Shown: positions 45,259 through 54,515 of the stretch, in pieces | Layout: every line of letters starts with the position of its first letter | Numbering within the stretch: the first letter of the stretch is position 1 | Assembly: GCA_963702475.1 (NCBI GenBank) | Contig: CAVPCT010000001.1 | Location: 128,001 to 192,000 of the forward strand | Direction: 5' to 3' | Length of the DNA stretch: 64,000 bases | DNA from: an uncultured Thermoleophilia bacterium | Lineage (GTDB): Bacteria; Actinomycetota; Thermoleophilia; UBA2241 | Program-made: the position numbers and the translations under genes | The notes under the pieces: model-generated | The model's database searches: none | Seen by the model: the letters and a program-made list of their open reading frames with translations, nothing else | Told to the model about the DNA's origin: nothing

Positions 45259-46530
45259 GTGGCCGACTACCTGAAGAAGGCGACCCCGCCGGCCCCGGCC
45301 GACGAGCAGGCCGTGCGCGACACGGTGAGCGAGATCCTGCGGCGCGTGCGGGAGGAGGGCCTGGCGGCTGTGCGCGACTACTCGCACCGCTTCGACGGCT
45401 GGGATCCGCCCTCGTTCAGGGTGGATGAGGCCGAGATCACGGCGGCGCGCGACAAGCTCGCCCCCGAGGTCCTGGCATCCCTCGAGTTCGCGCACGCACA
45501 GGTGAGACACTTCGCCGAGCTGCAGCGCGCCAGCATGCTGGAGTTCGAGGAGGAGACGCGCCCGGGGGTCTTTCTCGGCCAGAAGCACATCCCCGTGGGC
45601 AGCGTGGGCGCCTACGTGCCCAGCGGCAAGTACCCGATGCTGATGAGCGCGCAGATGAGCATCCTCACGGCCAAGGTGGCCGGCGTGCCGCGCGTCGTCG
45701 GCTGCGCTCCGCCTTACGGCGGCGCGGGCATCTACCCCGAGGTGCTGTGGTCCATGCACCTGGCCGGTGCGGACGAGATCTGGGCGGTCGGCGGCGTGCA
45801 GGCGCTCGCCATGCTCGCCTACGGCATCGAGGGCCTGGAGCCCGTCGACCTCGTCGCCGGGCCCGGCAACATGTACGTGGCCGAGGCCAAGCGGCAGCTG
45901 TTCGGGACGGTGGGCATCGACCTGCTGGCCGGACCGACCGAGATCCTCATCATCGCCGACCGGTCGGCCGACCCGGTGATCGTCGCAGCGGACCTTCTCG
46001 GCCAGGCGGAGCACGGGCCCACCTCGCCCGCCGTGCTCGTCAGCACCTCTCGAGGGCTGGCTGAGGCGACGCTCGCGGAGCTCGATCGCCAGCTGCCGCT
46101 GCTGCCGTCCGCCGAGGTCATCCGCACGTCGTGGGGGCAGCTCGGCGAGGTGATCGTGGCGTCAGACGGCGACGAGGCGGTCGCGCTGGCCGACCGCTAC
46201 GCGCCGGAGCACCTGGAGGTGCAGACCGCCGACCCTGACTGGTACGGCGAGCGCCTGCGCAACTACGGCACCCTCTGCCTGGGCGAGGAGGCCACCATCG
46301 CGTTCAGCGACAAGGCCATCGGCACCAATCACACCCTGCCGACCGCCGGGGCCGCCCGCTACACCGGCGGCCTCTGGGTCGGCAAGTTCCTCAAGACCGT
46401 CACGTACCAGCGCTGCACCAGGCCCGGCGCCCTGGACATCGCCCCGCACGCCGGCCTGCTCAGCGACGCTGAGCTCATGCCGGGGCACGCAGCCTCGGCC
46501 TACGTGCGCATCGAGAAGTACCGGGACTGA
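45259..46530 (+). CDS. Histidinol dehydrogenase-family paralog (HpsN-like subgroup)
   Basis: AYVPSG, GPGNMYVAEAK, AGPTEI, DLLGQAEHG, APEHLEV, DKAIGTNHTLPT; GTG after GAGGAGGA. Confidence 0.85.
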   Translation: MADYLKKATPPAPADEQAVRDTVSEILRRVREEGLAAVRDYSHRFDGWDPPSFRVDEAEITAARDKLAPEVLASLEFAHAQVRHFAELQRASMLEFEEETRPGVFLGQKHIPVGSVGAYVPSGKYPMLMSAQMSILTAKVAGVPRVVGCAPPYGGAGIYPEVLWSMHLAGADEIWAVGGVQALAMLAYGIEGLEPVDLVAGPGNMYVAEAKRQLFGTVGIDLLAGPTEILIIADRSADPVIVAADLLGQAEHGPTSPAVLVSTSRGLAEATLAELDRQLPLLPSAEVIRTSWGQLGEVIVASDGDEAVALADRYAPEHLEVQTADPDWYGERLRNYGTLCLGEEATIAFSDKAIGTNHTLPTAGAARYTGGLWVGKFLKTVTYQRCTRPGALDIAPHAGLLSDAELMPGHAASAYVRIEKYRD

Positions 46531-46540
46531 ATCCGCGCGC

Positions 46541-47821
46541 TCAGGCCCCGGGCGTCAGGGGCGGCTCCGGCTCGAGTCCGCCCGTGTCGTCGGGGACGCT
46601 CGGACCGGTTGCGCGGCGCAGCAGCAGGAACAGTGCCGCGCCGAGGAGTCCGCAGGCCCCGACCAGCGCGAAGGCCACGCGGCCGCCGAGGGCGTCGAGC
46701 ACGGCGCCGCCGATGAGGGGCCCCAGGGCGTAGCCGCCCATGTACACCAGCGTCCAGGCGCCCATGTACCGGCCACGCAGGTCCGCCGGCGCCAGGTGGG
46801 CGACCACCGCGGCCGCGATGGGGATGAACAGCACCAGCCCCACGGCCACGGCGATCATGCAGGCAAAGGTCCACGGCCACGGGACGAACGCGGCCGTGCC
46901 GACGCCGGCGCCCAGGCAGAGGCTCGCCAGCGCCAGAGAGACGAGCCGATCCCGCTTTCTCAGGGCCCGGATCAACGGGTACTGGAGCGCTGTCAGGACA
47001 ACGCCGTATGCGACGAGCAGCATGCCCCAGGCTTCGGCCGAGACCCCCTGCACGTCACCGAGCATGATGGGCATGGTCACCCAGATCTGCCCGAAGACGT
47101 ACAGCGGCAGCAGCGCCGCGAGGCAGAACCACAGCAGGCGCCGGTCGCGCAGCACCCTGCCGTACCCGTGCAACGAGCGCACGAGAGAGTCCGAGTGTCC
47201 GGCGCCCGGCCGCGTCTCGGTGAATCGGGTCAGGATCAGCACCAGGAACGCGGCGATGATGACGCCGCCCGTGAGGAAGGCCAGGCGGAAGCTGGGATCG
47301 GCTGCGAGCAGCGGCGCCGCGAGGAGTGGGCCGACGGTGATGCCGGCGTTCATGGCTACCCGAAGGATGCTGTAGGCCTCGTCGCGCCTGCCGACGGGCG
47401 CGAGGTCCGCGACCATGGCGTTCGTGGACGTGATGAACAGCGCCCAGCCGCAGGCCGCCTCGAAGGCGATGAGGGCGACAACCAGCCACAGCTGCGTGGT
47501 GAGCCCGAGTCCGATCAGGAGGCAGGTGGCGCTGAAGATCGAGAGGGCGAGGACGGGGCGGCGTCCGAAGCGGTCGACGGCCGCGCCGCCGGCGATCTGC
47601 AGCGGCAGGCCGGCGAGCAGGGACAGGCCGATGACGAGACCGACGGTCGTGGTGGAGAGGCCAAGACGCTGGTTCAGGTAGACGGTCTGGAAGGGATAGC
47701 ACGTGTTGTACCCGACCAGGAAGACGCACGCCCCCGCAGTCAGCAACCAGAACTGGCGCGGCAGGCCGCGCCGCCGGGCGCGGACCCCGGTCCTCGTGTG
47801 CTCGCTCAGTTGTGCTCCCAC
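46541..47821 (-). CDS. MFS transporter
   Basis: About 12 TM; motif A GGAAVDRFGRRP; APADLRGRYMG. Confidence 0.88.
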   Translation of the reverse strand: MGAQLSEHTRTGVRARRRGLPRQFWLLTAGACVFLVGYNTCYPFQTVYLNQRLGLSTTTVGLVIGLSLLAGLPLQIAGGAAVDRFGRRPVLALSIFSATCLLIGLGLTTQLWLVVALIAFEAACGWALFITSTNAMVADLAPVGRRDEAYSILRVAMNAGITVGPLLAAPLLAADPSFRLAFLTGGVIIAAFLVLILTRFTETRPGAGHSDSLVRSLHGYGRVLRDRRLLWFCLAALLPLYVFGQIWVTMPIMLGDVQGVSAEAWGMLLVAYGVVLTALQYPLIRALRKRDRLVSLALASLCLGAGVGTAAFVPWPWTFACMIAVAVGLVLFIPIAAAVVAHLAPADLRGRYMGAWTLVYMGGYALGPLIGGAVLDALGGRVAFALVGACGLLGAALFLLLRRATGPSVPDDTGGLEPEPPLTPGA

Positions 47822-47955
47822 CTCCGCTGCGGACTCTACAGTCCCCCGGCTCGCACCTCACCCGCCGGGGCCGCCGGTCCACGACGGCGGACGGTGTTCG
47901 CGCGGCAGGTGTCGCGGGAAGGCTGCTCGAAGGAGCCGCACCCCGAGGAGGCCGC

Positions 47956-48900
47956 ATGAGCAGTACGTCGCCGCGCCGCGTGGAGCGAGTCGTGGAACCG
48001 CAGCCGGTGTTGGAGGGCGCCGGAGTGCGCCTGCGGCGCAGCATCGCCGGCGCGGCACTCGATTACCTGGACCCGTTCCTGCTGCTCGATCACTTCCAGT
48101 CGGACGAGCCGTCCGACTACCTCGCGGGTTTCCCGTGGCACCCGCATCGCGGTATCGAGACCGTCACGTACATGCTGGCCGGCGAGGTCGACCACCGCGA
48201 CAGCATCGGCAACGCCGGCGCCATCGGCCCGGGCGACGTGCAGTGGATGACCGCCGGCGGCGGCATCATGCACGAGGAGATGCCGCGGCCGGGCGCCGAT
48301 CGGCGGATGGGCGGCTTCCAGCTCTGGGTGAACCTGCCGGCCTCGCTGAAGATGACGAAGCCGCGCTACCAGGATCTGCCGTCGGCGAGCATCCCTGAGG
48401 TGCGTCGCGACGACGGCACTGTGGTGCGCGTGATCGCCGGCGAGGTGGACGGGGTCAGGGGTGCCGTCACGGAGATCTTCGCCGAGCCCGAGTACCTCGA
48501 CGTGACGCTGCCCGCCGGCGCGCACTTCGTCCAGCCGGTGCCGCGTGGTCACGCCGCCTTCGCCTACGTGTTCGAGGGCGAGGGCGCCTTCGGCGTGAGC
48601 GCCGATCTGGGCTACCGCGGCGAGCTGGACGGCGTGCTGCTCGCCGCCCCGCACCTGGCCGTCTTCGGTGACGGCGACGAGGTGCGCGTGGAGGCCGACG
48701 GCGGCCCGCTGCGGTTCCTCCTTGTCAGCGGCCGTCCGCTCGGCGAGCCCATCGCGCGCTACGGCCCCTTCGTGATGAACACGCGGGAGGAGCTGCAGCT
48801 CGCACTGCGTGACCTGCAGGACGACACCTTCGTGTGGCGCGACGACGCGGCTTGGGCGCGGCGCCGCGCGACCTGGTCGCCGGACGCATCCGCGCCCTGA
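47956..48900 (+). CDS. Pirin family protein
   Basis: LDPFLLLDHF, FPWHPHRGIETVTY, QWMTAGGGIMHEE, YGPFVMNT. Confidence 0.93.
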   Translation: MSSTSPRRVERVVEPQPVLEGAGVRLRRSIAGAALDYLDPFLLLDHFQSDEPSDYLAGFPWHPHRGIETVTYMLAGEVDHRDSIGNAGAIGPGDVQWMTAGGGIMHEEMPRPGADRRMGGFQLWVNLPASLKMTKPRYQDLPSASIPEVRRDDGTVVRVIAGEVDGVRGAVTEIFAEPEYLDVTLPAGAHFVQPVPRGHAAFAYVFEGEGAFGVSADLGYRGELDGVLLAAPHLAVFGDGDEVRVEADGGPLRFLLVSGRPLGEPIARYGPFVMNTREELQLALRDLQDDTFVWRDDAAWARRRATWSPDASAP

Positions 48901-48927
48901 CGGATCGCCCCGGCCGCCGTTCCGAGC

Positions 48928-49755
48928 CTACGCGCTCAGCCGAAGCGTCGCCGCGACCGGCCAGTGGTCCGAGGGCAGGCCTTCCGCCGGCGTCCGCTGG
49001 ACCACGCGCGCGTCCAGCACCTCCCATTCCGGCGTGACGAGCACGTAGTCGATACGCGTGCCGTCGGCGGCGCCGTCCCACCCGTGGTGCGTGCCGGCGC
49101 CGGACCCGCGCTCGCCGGCGCCGGCCAGCGTGTCGCGCAGCCCCCCGGCGACCAGGGCCTTCACGGCCGGGTCGCCGGCCGTCGCGTTGAGGTCGCCGAG
49201 CACGATCCACGGCAGCTGCGGGTCGAGCCGATCGAGCAGGGCGCCGGCGCTGCGCAGTCGCGATGCCGCCGATGCCCCGTCCCAATGCGTGTCGGCCACA
49301 CCGAAGCGCCGGCCGCTGTCGAGGTCGGTGAACCGGCACAGGGTGACGATGCGCGTCGTCGGGTTGCCCCAGCTGCGCGACCCGGGGGTGGCCGGCGTAG
49401 CGGAGAGCCAGCGTACCGTCCATGAGTCCACACGCAGGCGCGCCGGCCTGTACAGCACGCTGCAGCGCTCGCCGCGCCCACGCCCGTCGTCGCGGCCCGC
49501 GCCCACGGCCGCGTAGCCGTGCAGACGGCGCGTGAGGTAGCGCTGCTGGAAGCCGTGGACCTCCTGCAGGCCCACGACCTCGGCGTGCAGGGCGTCGACG
49601 GCGGCCGCCGCGGCGCGACGCCGGAGGGGCCACGAATGGCGCCCGTCCCAAGCCAGGCCGTGGCGGAGGTTGAAGCTGGCGGCGACGAGGGCGGCGGTCC
49701 CTTGGTGCAGACCGTCGCCCTCGTCGCCCCCCGTGTCGTTGCCGCCGGCCTTCAC
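48928..49755 (-). CDS. Endonuclease/exonuclease/phosphatase family protein
   Basis: SFNLR, GLQE, GRDDG..GE, DTHWD, LGDLNA, RIDYV, PSDHWPV. Confidence 0.88.
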   Translation of the reverse strand: MKAGGNDTGGDEGDGLHQGTAALVAASFNLRHGLAWDGRHSWPLRRRAAAAAVDALHAEVVGLQEVHGFQQRYLTRRLHGYAAVGAGRDDGRGRGERCSVLYRPARLRVDSWTVRWLSATPATPGSRSWGNPTTRIVTLCRFTDLDSGRRFGVADTHWDGASAASRLRSAGALLDRLDPQLPWIVLGDLNATAGDPAVKALVAGGLRDTLAGAGERGSGAGTHHGWDGAADGTRIDYVLVTPEWEVLDARVVQRTPAEGLPSDHWPVAATLRLSA

Positions 49756-50189
49756 GCCGGGAACATGTCGGCCTTGGTGGCCGCGTCCTCGTAGCCCTTG
49801 GCGAGGTGGTCACTGGGTCGCTCGTGGCGCCGGCGTTCCTCGCGGGACTTCATCTCACGGAGCTCGTTCGCCGTGGGCTTGCCGTAATCGTGTCCGCCGC
49901 GCTCGACGTAGTCCTTGAAGACGACGAGGTCCCGGGCCATGTTCTGCTCCACGATGTCGGGAGACGGTTGTCCTGCGCCGTCGGTCTCGAAGGCGAACTC
50001 CACGATGGTGTGCGCGCCTTCACCGGGGGCGAACGAGACCATGCCGGCCTGGACGGCGTCGATGCAGACGAGCTCGTCGCACGCCAGGTGGTGCTGACCA
50101 TGGCGTACGGAGCGGACGAAATGCGACCAGGTGGCCTCGGTCACGGAGGGTGGTGCTTCGACCTCTATGCGGCGACGCAGCGTTGCCAT
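49752..50189 (-). CDS. Hypothetical protein, short SRPBCC/cyclase-like
   Basis: RRIEVEAP..W..F N-terminus and DLVVFKDYVE helix; GGAAGGGG RBS; GTGA overlap with the EEP gene. Confidence 0.6.
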   Translation of the reverse strand: MATLRRRIEVEAPPSVTEATWSHFVRSVRHGQHHLACDELVCIDAVQAGMVSFAPGEGAHTIVEFAFETDGAGQPSPDIVEQNMARDLVVFKDYVERGGHDYGKPTANELREMKSREERRRHERPSDHLAKGYEDAATKADMFPA

Positions 50190-50227
50190 CTGAGGCCCCC
50201 TTCCTGCCTGTAGGGTACGCCGCGTAG

Positions 50228-50254
50228 GTACCCGGGCGCCGGAGACGGGGAAAC
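50228..50254 (-). promoter_or_regulatory. SigB/SigF-type stress promoter candidate
   Basis: Minus strand GTTT-N17-GGGTAC upstream of the 50189 start. Confidence 0.5.
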
Positions 50255-50292
50255 GTCGCGCCGCTTTTCACAACCTGCGACCCGTGGAGCAG

Positions 50293-50334
50293 GCGAGAGG
50301 GGGCGGTGGCCGCGAGGTCACCGCCCCCTCTCGC
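50293..50334. terminator. Long hairpin downstream of the DUF1269 gene
   Basis: GCGAGAGGGGGCGGTGGCC-GCGA-GGTCACCGCCCCCTCTCGC. Confidence 0.65.
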
Positions 50335-50380
50335 TGCGCTCACCCGCGACCTGTCGGCGCCCGAGGCGCGGGCAGGTCTC

Positions 50381-50902
50381 TCAGGCCTGTTCCTGCGCCT
50401 CCAGCTCCCCGGCCGCCTGGGCGATCGCCTCCTTGAGGACGCCTTTGTCCATCTCGACCTCGAGCGAGGCGTAACGCTTCGCCCGCGAAAGCGCCGACTC
50501 GATGTACGACTGAAGCACCGATTCGCCCACGATGAGCAGCGCCGCCTGGCCTTCGTCAAGCAGGTCGCCGAGCTCCTTGACGTCGTGTCGCGACATGCCC
50601 TTCCAGAAGTGGCCGATCAGCCCGCCGACGACGCCGCCGACCGCCGCCGTGACCGGCACCGACGGCGGGAAGAGGATGCCGAGGGCAGCACCGGCGGCGA
50701 CGCCCGTCCACGCCGCATGCTGTGTGGGCTTCTCGTACTTGGACACGTGCACCCAGCCGCGGTCGCTCTTGGCGACCACGGCCGCGTCGTAGGTGCCCAG
50801 CTCGTGGTCGCGGTGCAGCTGCTTCACGTCCCGGAAGTCGTCGCGCGCCGCCTCCTCGGTGTCGTACACGGCCAGGAACAGGTATACGGGTTCGTCTGCC
50901 AT
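50381..50902 (-). CDS. DUF1269 family protein
   Basis: FLAVYD..YDAAVVAK..GVAAGAALGILFPPS..GGVVGGLIGHFWKGMSR..GQAALLIVG. Confidence 0.82.
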   Translation of the reverse strand: MADEPVYLFLAVYDTEEAARDDFRDVKQLHRDHELGTYDAAVVAKSDRGWVHVSKYEKPTQHAAWTGVAAGAALGILFPPSVPVTAAVGGVVGGLIGHFWKGMSRHDVKELGDLLDEGQAALLIVGESVLQSYIESALSRAKRYASLEVEMDKGVLKEAIAQAAGELEAQEQA

Positions 50903-51207
50903 GCCTCTCCCTCCTCAGGGGCGGCGCCGCGGTCTGACCGCCGGCCCGCCCATCGCTCCGTCGCCGAAGCGGCTGTTCGACGCGCGCCTCGGCGTGCTGC
51001 CGTTCGCACTCGGCCGTTGCGCGGGTACCAGGGAGCGGGTGCGCTTCACCTGAGCGCCGGCCGTGCCGACTCTCCCGCCTCGATCGCGGGTGGACGCTTC
51101 TGGATGCCCATGCGTTTTCCCGTGGAAACGTGGCCGGGGGTACTCTTCGCCGGAGGCCGCGCGGCCGATAGAATGTGCACACCTGCCGCGCGGCGCGAGG
51201 GGGAGCA

Positions 51208-51738
51208 GTGCCACCTTCAGAGCAGACCCGCACCAGCATAGGCGTGATCTCCGACACCCATGGGCACTTCGACCCGCTGGTGCTGGACCTCTTCGCCGGC
51301 GTCGACCACATCATCCACGCCGGCGACGTGATCGACACGGCCACCCTCGTCGCGCTGGAGACGGTAGCGCCCGTCACCGTGGTGCCCGGCAATCTCGACA
51401 CGGGCAAGCTGGCGCGCCAGCCGCGCGAGGTGGCCGGGTCCGTCGGCGGCGTGCTCTTCGTCGTCGGGCACAAGCGCAAGCGATTGCTCAAGAAGCTGCT
51501 CACGGGCAAGATCGACGGCCTGCCGACCGGACGTGAGCCCGACCTCGTGGTGTTCGGGCACGACCACATCCCCTCGGTCGAGTGGGTGGACGGCACCCTG
51601 TACCTGAACCCCGGCACGGCCTCCTCGCCGCACGAGGAGGACGATGACCCCACCATCGCCGTCGTGACGCTCGAGTCCACGGGTCTCGGTGTCCGCTTCG
51701 TGCCGCTGGTGCGCTCCGCAGAGGCGCTCACCGGCTGA
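51208..51738 (+). CDS. Metallophosphoesterase (YfcE/MJ0936 family)
   Basis: GVISDTHG, IHAGD, PGNLD, FGHDH, LNPG. Confidence 0.88.
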   Translation: MPPSEQTRTSIGVISDTHGHFDPLVLDLFAGVDHIIHAGDVIDTATLVALETVAPVTVVPGNLDTGKLARQPREVAGSVGGVLFVVGHKRKRLLKKLLTGKIDGLPTGREPDLVVFGHDHIPSVEWVDGTLYLNPGTASSPHEEDDDPTIAVVTLESTGLGVRFVPLVRSAEALTG

Positions 51739-51825
51739 CCGCGGCCCAGCGGCCGGGGCCGCGCCGCGGGCGGCCCCCGCCGGCCGCCCCGCCCCACCCG
51801 GTCACACTCCCCCCAGGAGGTGCTC

Positions 51826-52290
51826 GTGAAGTCGCACACCGCGTACAAGACGTTCCACGTCGACCAGCGCCGCGCGTTCGTGCGCATCACCGACGACGTG
51901 CAGCGGGCCGTCGACGAGAGCGGCATCCGCGAGGGCATGGCCCTGGTCTCCGCGATGCACATCACCGCCGGCGTGTGGGTCAACGACGACGAGCCCGGCA
52001 TCCAGGCCGACGCCCTCGAGTGGCTCGACAAGCTGGCGCCGCCGTCGTGGAAGGAGCCGGCCAACGACGTCGCCCGGGAGTTGCTCCCAGGCCCCGGGGA
52101 CTACCGCCACCACCGCGGCGGCTACGAGGACAACGGTGACGCCCACCTCAAGAACCTGCTGGTGCACCACCAGGTCATCGTCCCCGTCACGGACGGCCGC
52201 CTGGATCTCGGGCCGTGGCAGGCCGTCTTCTACTGCGAGTTCGACGGCCGGCGCGACAAGCGCCTCATCATCAAGGTGATGGGGGAGTGA
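51826..52290 (+). CDS. YjbQ/UPF0047 family protein
   Basis: [41 protein letters not shown]; AGGAGG RBS. Confidence 0.9.
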   Translation: MKSHTAYKTFHVDQRRAFVRITDDVQRAVDESGIREGMALVSAMHITAGVWVNDDEPGIQADALEWLDKLAPPSWKEPANDVARELLPGPGDYRHHRGGYEDNGDAHLKNLLVHHQVIVPVTDGRLDLGPWQAVFYCEFDGRRDKRLIIKVMGE

Positions 52291-52377
52291 CGTGCCTGGG
52301 CGTCAACCGGCGAGGAGTCGGGCAACGTGAGGGCGAAGTGAGCCGCGACAGGTTCGCGTGAACGGGGAGGATGCACG

Positions 52378-52926
52378 ATGAGTGACAGACAATCGGTCGT
52401 GGTCGTCGGCGACGGCGATGACCTTGTGAGGGGCAGCTGGGGGGTGATGCTGGCCATCGGCATCGTCGCCATCGTGTTCGGCGTCATCGTGCTGCTCAAC
52501 ATCTGGGGCGGCGTGCGACTGGTGGCCATCCTCGCCGGCCTCTTTCTCATCTTCGCCGGCGTCATGCAGTTCGTGAGTGTGCGCGGGCACCGGCGCAAGA
52601 CGGGACGCATCATCTCCGGCGTCATCGCGCTCGCCATCGGGATCGGGCTGATCGTCTGGCCGGACACGTCGGTCAAGACCGTGGCGGTGCTCGTCGGCCT
52701 GGCGTTCCTCATCTGGGGCGTCGCCTGGGCCGTCGCGGCGCTCGTCGACCGCGGCGAGGGCTGGGGCGTGGCCCTGGGCTTCAGTATCGTGCTCGCCGTC
52801 GTCGGCGCCGTGTTCATCGCCTGGCCGGGCCCCACCATCGCCATCTTGATGGCGCTGGTGGGCATCGCCGCTCTCGTGTTCGGCATCGCCTCGGTGGCCC
52901 AGGCCCTTGCCTTGAGAAAGGCGTAG
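52378..52926 (+). CDS. HdeD/DUF308 family membrane protein
   Basis: Six short TM helices in repeated GIVAIVFGV..LIFAGV / LIVWP..LVGLAFLIWG pattern. Confidence 0.8.
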   Translation: MSDRQSVVVVGDGDDLVRGSWGVMLAIGIVAIVFGVIVLLNIWGGVRLVAILAGLFLIFAGVMQFVSVRGHRRKTGRIISGVIALAIGIGLIVWPDTSVKTVAVLVGLAFLIWGVAWAVAALVDRGEGWGVALGFSIVLAVVGAVFIAWPGPTIAILMALVGIAALVFGIASVAQALALRKA

Positions 52927-52938
52927 GGAGGGGCCCCC

Positions 52939-53028
52939 CTACGAGCGCAGAAGCGCGAACAGGAGGCAGGCCGCCACGGCGATGGCGCCGATGAGCAGGA
53001 CGATGCGCGTGGTGTACATGTGCCGCAT
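52939..53028 (-). CDS. Small single-TM protein (29 aa), not in ORF track
   Basis: MRHMYTTRIVLLIGAIAVAACLLFALLRS*; GAGGGAG RBS overlapping the upstream gene's stop; GC3-biased codons. Confidence 0.6.
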   Translation of the reverse strand: MRHMYTTRIVLLIGAIAVAACLLFALLRS

Positions 53029-53040
53029 GCGGACGCTCCC

Positions 53041-54378
53041 TCAGACCAGGTCGAAGCGCTCGGTGTAGATGCTCGGCCAGGGCACGCCCACGCGCCTGAG
53101 CGAGTCCTCGACGTGATCCATCAGGGGTTTCGGACCGCAGACGAAGTAGACGTATCGCTCCTTCGTCGCAGGCAGCCATTCCTGCAGCATGGCGCGGTCG
53201 ATGCGGCCCCGCTCGCCCATCCAGTCGGCAGGCGCACTCGACGCCACCTCGACCACGCGCAGGTCCAGTCGCGACCGTAGCGCCTGGATCTCCTCGTGGA
53301 ACGTGAACTCGTCCGGGCCCCTGGCGCCGTAGAGCAGCAGGTGCGGCCGAGGGTCTGCGCGGTCGGCCAGCGTGCGCAGCATGCTCATGATCGGCGTGAT
53401 GCCTGTGCCGCCTGCGACGAAGACGCACCCGTCGCCCTCGTAGCGGTCCACGGTGAACGCGCCGTGTGGGCCTTCGACGAAGGCGGTCGTCCCTGGCGCC
53501 ACGGCGGCTACGCTCCGAGTGAAGTCACCGGTCTCTTTGATGGTGAACGAGATGCGGTCACGTGTCTCGGCACTGGAGGAGAACGAGAAAGGGTGATCCT
53601 CGATGGCGAACGGCGTGCTCCCCAGGGTGAGCCAGGCGAACTGGCCCGGGAGAAAACGAATCCCGGGGTGCCCCACCGGGCGGAGTACCAGCGTGGTAGC
53701 CCTTCCACGCTCCTCGATGACCCCATCCACCATCCATGGGCGGTGGAGCAGTCGAAGGGGGACGACGAAGCGCACGTAGACGAGCAGCCCGATGACGGCG
53801 AGCACCATGGCCGCCCAAAGGGCGCGCTTCCACGGAAGGTCGACGTACCAGCCGACGAGTTCGATGTGGACGAGCGCGAACGCCAGGGCGGCGACGGCGA
53901 GCACACCATGCATGGTGCGCCACCTCTCGTAGGCGAGGCGCAGCCTGCGCCTGAGCAGGGAGACGCCCACCAGGGCGATGAGGGCGACTGTAGCCGCCAG
54001 CGCGAAGCGGGCTCGCCAAGGAGCGGCTGCCACGTTGAGCAGGCCGAGAGCGTCCGTCCGGGTCGCGAACAGGATGAACGGGTGCGCAAGAGCCAGACAC
54101 ATGGCGAGGATCGAGATCTGCTTGTGGAAGCGCAGGACGATGTCGATGCCGTACGGCGCCGCGATGTGGCTGAATCGCGCGGTGATGGCGAACTGCAGCC
54201 CGATCATGGCCAACGCCACAAAGCCCAGCGCCACGGAGAGCTCGGTCCAGAAGTCGCGTCCGGGGTGCCCCCGGTAGAGGAACGCAACAGCGAGAGGCAC
54301 GAGGGAGAGGGTCACGTAGAGCGCCAGCCAGAAGATGCCGCCGAGGAGGCGACGCAGACGGGTGTCGTACGCTGCCAT
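53041..54378 (-). CDS. Ferric reductase-like transmembrane + FNR-type FAD/NAD oxidoreductase
   Basis: Heme His in RFHK..LAHP and MHG..VHI; PGQFAWL, HPFSFSS, EGPHG, VAGGTGITP, FVCGPKPLM, ERFDLV; leaderless TACACT-N6-ATG. Confidence 0.9.
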   Translation of the reverse strand: MAAYDTRLRRLLGGIFWLALYVTLSLVPLAVAFLYRGHPGRDFWTELSVALGFVALAMIGLQFAITARFSHIAAPYGIDIVLRFHKQISILAMCLALAHPFILFATRTDALGLLNVAAAPWRARFALAATVALIALVGVSLLRRRLRLAYERWRTMHGVLAVAALAFALVHIELVGWYVDLPWKRALWAAMVLAVIGLLVYVRFVVPLRLLHRPWMVDGVIEERGRATTLVLRPVGHPGIRFLPGQFAWLTLGSTPFAIEDHPFSFSSSAETRDRISFTIKETGDFTRSVAAVAPGTTAFVEGPHGAFTVDRYEGDGCVFVAGGTGITPIMSMLRTLADRADPRPHLLLYGARGPDEFTFHEEIQALRSRLDLRVVEVASSAPADWMGERGRIDRAMLQEWLPATKERYVYFVCGPKPLMDHVEDSLRRVGVPWPSIYTERFDLV

Positions 54379-54515
54379 GGCGGTAGTGTACCCCGGCCGG
54401 GGCCGGCACCTGCCTCGAGCGTCTGTTCGCAGGGAACCCGCCGTGCATGACGAAACCGGCACGCACGCGAGAGAGACGGCCTGCCGCGCAGGGCGGGCGT
54501 ACTGGAGGTCCACCG

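Noticed and set aside
45259-46530. Assigning the symbol hisD or hpsN
   Set aside because: Family membership is clear, but substrate specificity cannot be fixed from sequence and context alone.
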